In this document: positions 59,301 to 64,000 of the stretch, piece after piece
How the letters are laid out: each line of letters begins with the position of its first letter
How positions within the stretch are numbered: position 1 is the first letter of the stretch
Source: an uncultured Chloroflexia bacterium
Lineage (GTDB): Bacteria > Chloroflexota > Limnocylindria > Limnocylindrales > CSP1-4
DNA: 64,000 nucleotides
Direction of reading: 5' to 3'
Assembly (NCBI GenBank): GCA_963697415.1
Contig: CAVONW010000003.1
Span: 2,106,706-2,170,705 of the forward strand
Made by a program: the position numbers and the translations under genes
Notes under the pieces: model-generated
What the model was told of the DNA's origin: nothing
Databases searched by the model: none
The model's input: the letters and a program-made list of their open reading frames with translations, nothing else

Positions 59301-59675
59301 CTGGCGGCCGACGAAGTCGAGATCCTGGCCATGCCCCGGCCCGGGACGATCGTTGCCCACGATGAGGGGCTCCTCGTGGTGATCGACACCGAGCTGACGC
59401 CCGAGCTCCGGGCCGAGGGCGACGCAAGGGAGCTCCAGCGCGCGATCCAGGACCTTCGCAAGGAAGCTGGGCTGGAGCTTGACGACCGCGTCGATCTCCA
59501 CGTCGACGGCGTTGCCCCGGGAGTGGCCGTCCACGTGGCCGCGGTCGCTGCCGAGACCCTGTCCGATCTCGTGCCGTCCCCGCCGGCTGGCGCGGTCAGG
59601 GCGACCGTCGAGCTCGAGTCGGGGCCGGTCAGGATCGCCCTCCGTCGGCGGACCGGCGGGTCATCGCCTCCATGA
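56370..59675 (+). CDS. ileS: isoleucine--tRNA ligase (type 2, about 1100 aa)
   Basis: ..[20 protein letters not shown].. (HIGH-like), ..MHKSWGN.. (KMSKS-like), and zinc-binding cysteines. Conserved ileS-lspA-rluD order. An alternative start is ATG 56331. Confidence 0.88.
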   Translation: [1101 protein letters not shown]

Positions 59676-60226
59676 TCGACGCCGGGAAGCTCCGGCCGCT
59701 CTGGGGGCCGTTCCTGGGCCTGGTTGCCGCGATCGTCGTTGTCGATCAGGCGACCAAGGCCTGGATCACCGCCGAGCTTGGCGAGGGTCGCGTGCTCGAG
59801 TACCTCGGAGGGGCGATCCGGCTGATCTACTCGGAGAACAACGGAGCCCTGTTCGGGCTGTTCCGCGGCCAGGTTGGCCTGTTCGCATTGCTCAGCCTTG
59901 GCGTGATCGGCTTGATCGTCTGGTTCCATGCGCGCTCGGGCCGGAGCCGGTACATGACCCTGACCCTGGGGTTGCTCCTGGGCGGGGCGATCGGCAATGC
60001 CATCGATCGGTTCCGACTCGGCTACGTGATCGACTTCGTTGACGGGGGAGTCGGTTCCGTGCGCTTCTATACCTTCAATGTTGCCGACGCTTGCATTAGC
60101 GGATCGATCATCCTGCTCATCGCCATGGCGATCTGGCCGTCCCTGGCCGGCGGCGCGCAGGGGTCGGGCGCGGCGGAGACAGACCCTGCCGCCGCGCCGT
60201 CCGCTTCGGGGATCGGCGATGACTGA
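59672..60226 (+). CDS. lspA: lipoprotein signal peptidase (signal peptidase II)
   Basis: ..VVVDQATKAW..., ..NNGALFG.., ..IGNAIDR.., and ..FNVADACISGS. ATGA overlap with ileS. Confidence 0.85.
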   Translation: MIDAGKLRPLWGPFLGLVAAIVVVDQATKAWITAELGEGRVLEYLGGAIRLIYSENNGALFGLFRGQVGLFALLSLGVIGLIVWFHARSGRSRYMTLTLGLLLGGAIGNAIDRFRLGYVIDFVDGGVGSVRFYTFNVADACISGSIILLIAMAIWPSLAGGAQGSGAAETDPAAAPSASGIGDD

Positions 60227-61172
60227 GACCTCCGGGGCCCCCGGCGTTCACGTGCTCCTGGTGCCGCCGGATCAGGCCCCGACGCGGGTGGATCGGTTTG
60301 TCGCGGACCGAACCGGACTATCCCGGAGCCACGTGCAGAAGCTCATCACCGACGGGCGCCTGACGGCCGGAGACCGGACGCTCAAGGCGAACACGATCCT
60401 CGAGCCAGGCAGTCAGCTTCGCCTGGACGTCCCGGAGCCGGCGGCCGCGGAGCCCGTTGCGCAACCCGAGATCGAGGTCCCCGTCGTGTACGAGGATGAC
60501 GATCTCCTGATCGTCGACAAGCCGGCCGGCCTCGTCGTCCACCCGGCGCCCGGTCATGCCGACGGGACCCTCGTGAATGCCCTCCTCGGCAGGGCCGGGC
60601 CGGAGGGCTTCGGCGGGATTGCCGGCGTGCGCAGGCCGGGCATCGTCCACCGCCTGGATCGTGCGACGAGCGGGCTCCTCATGGTCGCCAAGACGGACCT
60701 CGCACAGCACGGGCTGATGGCGCAGCTGAAGGCGCGCCGGATCAAGAAGACGTACGTCGCACTGGTGCATGGGACCGTCGCGGCCGCTGTCGGACGGATC
60801 GAGGCGCCGATCGGACGCGAACCGCGCCATCGGACCAAGATGGGCGTCGTCGCCGACGGCCGACCGGCCACGACCGGCTACCGGGTCACGGAGCGGTTCG
60901 CCGAGTGGACGCTCCTCGAGCTCGATCTCGTGACCGGCAGGACGCATCAGATCCGGGTTCACCTGACGGCGATCGGGCATCCCGTGGCTGGTGACCGGGT
61001 CTATGGCACTGGAACGTCTGGTCGCGGTCCCGAGGGCCTCTCGCGCCTGTTCCTGCACGCCTGGCGCCTGGAGCTCACGTCCCCCTCGCGGGGCGATCTC
61101 ATTCGCGCGACGGCACCGCTCCCGCTGGAACTTGAGGATGTCCTTGCAAGCCTCCGGGTGCGTCCCGCATGA
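60219..61172 (+). CDS. rluD: RluA-family 23S rRNA pseudouridine synthase (RluD-like) with S4 domain
   Basis: S4 (..RVDRFVADRTGLSRSHVQKLI..), then ..LLIVDKPAGLVVHP.., and ..HRLDRATSGLLMVAK. Confidence 0.85.
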   Translation: MTETSGAPGVHVLLVPPDQAPTRVDRFVADRTGLSRSHVQKLITDGRLTAGDRTLKANTILEPGSQLRLDVPEPAAAEPVAQPEIEVPVVYEDDDLLIVDKPAGLVVHPAPGHADGTLVNALLGRAGPEGFGGIAGVRRPGIVHRLDRATSGLLMVAKTDLAQHGLMAQLKARRIKKTYVALVHGTVAAAVGRIEAPIGREPRHRTKMGVVADGRPATTGYRVTERFAEWTLLELDLVTGRTHQIRVHLTAIGHPVAGDRVYGTGTSGRGPEGLSRLFLHAWRLELTSPSRGDLIRATAPLPLELEDVLASLRVRPA

Positions 61173-61831
61173 CCGGCGCCGGCCGCGGGCCCGAAGCATC
61201 GGCGGAGGCCGCGGCCGCCACGGTCGCGGGCGCGCCGGGTGCTGTGCTCGTGATCGTGTCCGGCCCGTCCGGCGTCGGCAAGGACAGCGTGATTGAAGCG
61301 CTTCGCGCACAACCCCGGGACCCTGACTACCACTACGTCGTGACCTGCACGACGCGCCCGCGACGGCGCTACGAAGTCGATGGGGTCCACTACCGGTTCC
61401 TCAGCGCCGCGGCCTTCGCCAAGTTGCGCGAGGCCGGTGAACTGCTCGAGGCGAACGAAGTCCACGGGAACTGGTACGGGACGCCCCGGGCGGATGTCCG
61501 CGCTGCCCTGCAGGCCGGACACGACGTCATCCTGAAGATCGATGTGCAGGGTGCAGCCGTGGTCAAGGGCCGCGTGGCTGATGCGCTCCTGATCTTCCTC
61601 GTGCCGCCCTCACTCGAGGACCTGTTCCAGCGGCTCCAGTCGCGGGCAACCGAGACGGCCGACGAACTCGACATCCGGCAGCGGAACGCCGCCCTGGAGC
61701 TCGCCCGGCAGGATGACTATGACCACGTGGTGGTCAATGAGACGGGCCAGATCGCCCGGACCGCGGCCCGGATCCACGAGATCATCCTGCTCGAAAAGGC
61801 CGCGCACCCGACACGCCGGACCTGGCTCTAG
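61169..61831 (+). CDS. gmk: guanylate kinase
   Basis: ..LVIVSGPSGVGKDS.., ..TTRPRRRYEVDGVHYRF.., and ..E.NEVHGNWYGT. The ORF N-terminus may be over-extended. Confidence 0.85.
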   Translation: MTGAGRGPEASAEAAAATVAGAPGAVLVIVSGPSGVGKDSVIEALRAQPRDPDYHYVVTCTTRPRRRYEVDGVHYRFLSAAAFAKLREAGELLEANEVHGNWYGTPRADVRAALQAGHDVILKIDVQGAAVVKGRVADALLIFLVPPSLEDLFQRLQSRATETADELDIRQRNAALELARQDDYDHVVVNETGQIARTAARIHEIILLEKAAHPTRRTWL

Positions 61832-61869
61832 CGACCCCTCGGGACGTGGCGACCGGGCCGGACCAGGAG

Positions 61870-64000
61870 ATGCTCGGGCTCCCCGAGGCGGACGGGGAGC
61901 CAACCGACGCGGGTCAGGCAGTGGGAGAGGCGCTGGTCGCCGTCGCGATCGATGCCGCCGGGGCGGCCGGCAGCCATGCCTTCACGTATCGGGTACCGGC
62001 GCGCCTCGAACCGATCCTCGCGGGCGAGGCCGTGACGGTGGAGTTCGGCCATCGCCAGGCCCTCGGAATCGTGCTCGGGCCCGCGGGCGCTACCGTCGGC
62101 CTCGTCGCGAAGCCGATCCTGGATCGGGTCCGGGCGGACGGTCCGCTCCTGCCGCCCTCGTCCATGGCTCTCGCCGCGGACATTGCCTCGACGTATCTCG
62201 CCCCGCCGGCACTCGTCCTGCGAGCCATGCTCCCTCCCGGCATGCTCGAGCGTCTGGAGCTGGTCGCAGAGCGCCGCCCGGATGACCCGGCGATTCATCC
62301 GGGACGCGCACCCGGCGCGATCTCGGCCACAACCCCGGACGACGCCACGCTGCTGGAGCAACTCGCCGGCGGACCACGGGCGGTCAAGCGGCTGCGAGCA
62401 CCGGAAGGCCGGGCCGGCCTGCTGCGGCGATTGCGCGCGCTGGCAGCCGCCGGCAGGATCGATCTCGACTGGACGCTCCTGGACGCGGGTGCCGGCCCGC
62501 GCTATGTCCGGATTGTCCGGCTCGTTCCCACAGTCGCGGGCCAGACGGCGGGGCACGGCAGCTCCGGAACCCGGAGGCTTGGATCACGGCAGCTGGCCGC
62601 GCTCGATGAGCTGCGAGGGGCCGGGACGACCGGCGTTCCTGCGCCGGATCTCGCCGCAAGGCACGGCCTCTCCGTCGTGGCGGGTCTTGTACGACGCGGG
62701 CTCGTCACAGTAGAGAGTCAAGAGGCCCCTCGCCGACCGCTTGCCGCCCGCGCGCCCGGTCATCGAGGAGCTCGACCCAGCTCAGCGTCGCTCAGCGCGG
62801 AGCAGGCGCTGGCGGTGGCTGCCATCAGGAAGGCCATCGGCACGCGGGACCCAACGCCCATCCTGCTCGATGGTGTGACAGGTGGCGGCAAGACTGCCAT
62901 CTACACGGCAGCGATCGAGGAGTGCCTGCAGGTGGGCAGGCGCGCGCTCCTGCTGGTTCCGGAGATTGCGCTCGCCATCCCCCTGGTCGATCGCCTCCGG
63001 GCCGACCTCCACGCGGAGATCGGCCTGGTCCATTCCGGACTCTCCGATGGAGAGCGGGCCGACGAGTGGCGGCGCATCCGGGCCGGCGCCGTGGACGTGG
63101 TGGTCGGGACGCGGCTCGCGGTGCTCGCGCCGGTCGAGGACCTCGGACTCGTGGTCGTGGATGAGGAGCACGACCAGGCCTACAAGAGCGATCGCACTCC
63201 TCGACTCCAGGCGCGCGACACGGCGATCCGGCTGGGCAGTCTCTCTGGAGCGGCGGTCGTCCTCGGTTCCGCAACGCCCGCGGTGGAGACGGAAGGGCGG
63301 GCGCGCGACGGCGTCTATCGACGCTTCCGGCTCACCGATCGCTTGTCGGGGCGGCCGCCCACGATCCAGGTTGTCGATCTACGAGCGGAGCTCGCAGCCG
63401 GCCAGCGGGGGATGCTGTCGAGACCCCTCCTGGCGGCGCTCGCCGCGCTTGACACCTCAGCAGGAGACCAGGCGATCCTCGTCATCAACCGGCGGGGCTC
63501 GGCATCGGTGGTCCTGTGTCGGGACTGCGGCGCGGTCCAGGCCTGCCCGGAGTGCACTCGCCCGCTGGTCTATCACCAGGCCGGTATGACGCTGCGTTGT
63601 CATCACTGCGGTCGGGCCACGCCGCTGGCGAGCCGCTGTCCAGCCTGTGGATCCGCCCGGATCCGCTACCTCGGCGGCGGAACCGAACGCCTGGAACGCG
63701 AGGTTCGCGAAGCGTTCCCCGCCTATCGTCTGGCCCGGCTGGATCGGGACATTGCCGAGCGGCGGGGCGCGGCCACCAGGATCCTCGACGACCTCGCGGG
63801 CGGGCGGCTGGATGTGCTTGTCGGCACGAGCCTGGTCACCAAGGGCCTCGACGTTCCGAGCATCACCCTGGTCGGGATCGTGTCGTCCGATGTCGCGCTG
63901 AACCTGCCCGACGAACGGGCAGCCGAACGGACATATCAGCTCCTGGCGCAAGCCGTGGGTAGGGCCGGTCGAGGAGACCGGCCGGGGTACGCGATCCTCC
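61870..64000 (+). CDS. priA: primosomal protein N' (PriA), partial: 3' end beyond the window
   Basis: AGGAG RBS then ATG 61870. ..SHAFTYRVPARL.., Walker A LLDGVTGGGKTAIY, ..VVDEEHD.., and Cys-rich zinc-binding CRDCGAVQACPECTRPL...CHHCG...CPACGS. No in-frame stop occurs before the window end, so it is absent from the ORF track. Confidence 0.8.
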   Translation, partial: MLGLPEADGEPTDAGQAVGEALVAVAIDAAGAAGSHAFTYRVPARLEPILAGEAVTVEFGHRQALGIVLGPAGATVGLVAKPILDRVRADGPLLPPSSMALAADIASTYLAPPALVLRAMLPPGMLERLELVAERRPDDPAIHPGRAPGAISATTPDDATLLEQLAGGPRAVKRLRAPEGRAGLLRRLRALAAAGRIDLDWTLLDAGAGPRYVRIVRLVPTVAGQTAGHGSSGTRRLGSRQLAALDELRGAGTTGVPAPDLAARHGLSVVAGLVRRGLVTVESQEAPRRPLAARAPGHRGARPSSASLSAEQALAVAAIRKAIGTRDPTPILLDGVTGGGKTAIYTAAIEECLQVGRRALLLVPEIALAIPLVDRLRADLHAEIGLVHSGLSDGERADEWRRIRAGAVDVVVGTRLAVLAPVEDLGLVVVDEEHDQAYKSDRTPRLQARDTAIRLGSLSGAAVVLGSATPAVETEGRARDGVYRRFRLTDRLSGRPPTIQVVDLRAELAAGQRGMLSRPLLAALAALDTSAGDQAILVINRRGSASVVLCRDCGAVQACPECTRPLVYHQAGMTLRCHHCGRATPLASRCPACGSARIRYLGGGTERLEREVREAFPAYRLARLDRDIAERRGAATRILDDLAGGRLDVLVGTSLVTKGLDVPSITLVGIVSSDVALNLPDERAAERTYQLLAQAVGRAGRGDRPGYAIL

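Overview
This is a 64-kb window of a high-GC (about 70%) chromosome with actinobacterial-type gene order: polA .. coaE-uvrB .. uvrA .. uvrC .. rapZ-yvcK-whiA-tpiA-secG; rpsF-ssb-rpsR; ileS-lspA-rluD. It is dominated by replication and repair genes: dnaE, polA, mutM, uvrB, uvrA, uvrC, a compact UvrD-like helicase, recJ, ssb and the 5' part of priA. Also present are protein-export genes (secD, secF, secG, tatA, tatC), 9 tRNA genes in two clusters (four of them Leu isoacceptors), transporters, and a GT2 glycosyltransferase divergent from an LCP ligase. Many genes are joined by 1-8 nt start/stop overlaps (GTGA/ATGA), so ORF-track starts were adjusted to conserved N-termini.

The most interesting non-housekeeping content, in order:
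- A polytopic membrane protein fused to a SARP/BTAD transcription-activator module lies directly upstream of an ECF sigma factor. Their intergenic region carries three perfect 11-bp tandem direct repeats placed like a SARP operator.
- Perfect and near-perfect actinobacterial LexA (Cheo) boxes, TCGAAC-N4-GTTCGA, sit about 30 nt upstream of uvrB and uvrA. A luciferase-like oxidoreductase is coupled to uvrB.
- An ECF sigma factor is followed by two tandem paralogous zinc-finger anti-sigma factors.
- An orphan CpaE/TadZ-like protein has a receiver-like N-domain and a deviant Walker A (KGGVGTTT).
- Several core proteins carry unusual extensions or degenerate domains: DnaE has an (NG)n tail, polA lacks 3'-5' exonuclease motifs, YvcK has membrane anchors, and WhiA is short.

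No CRISPR array, integrase or obvious mobile element was seen.
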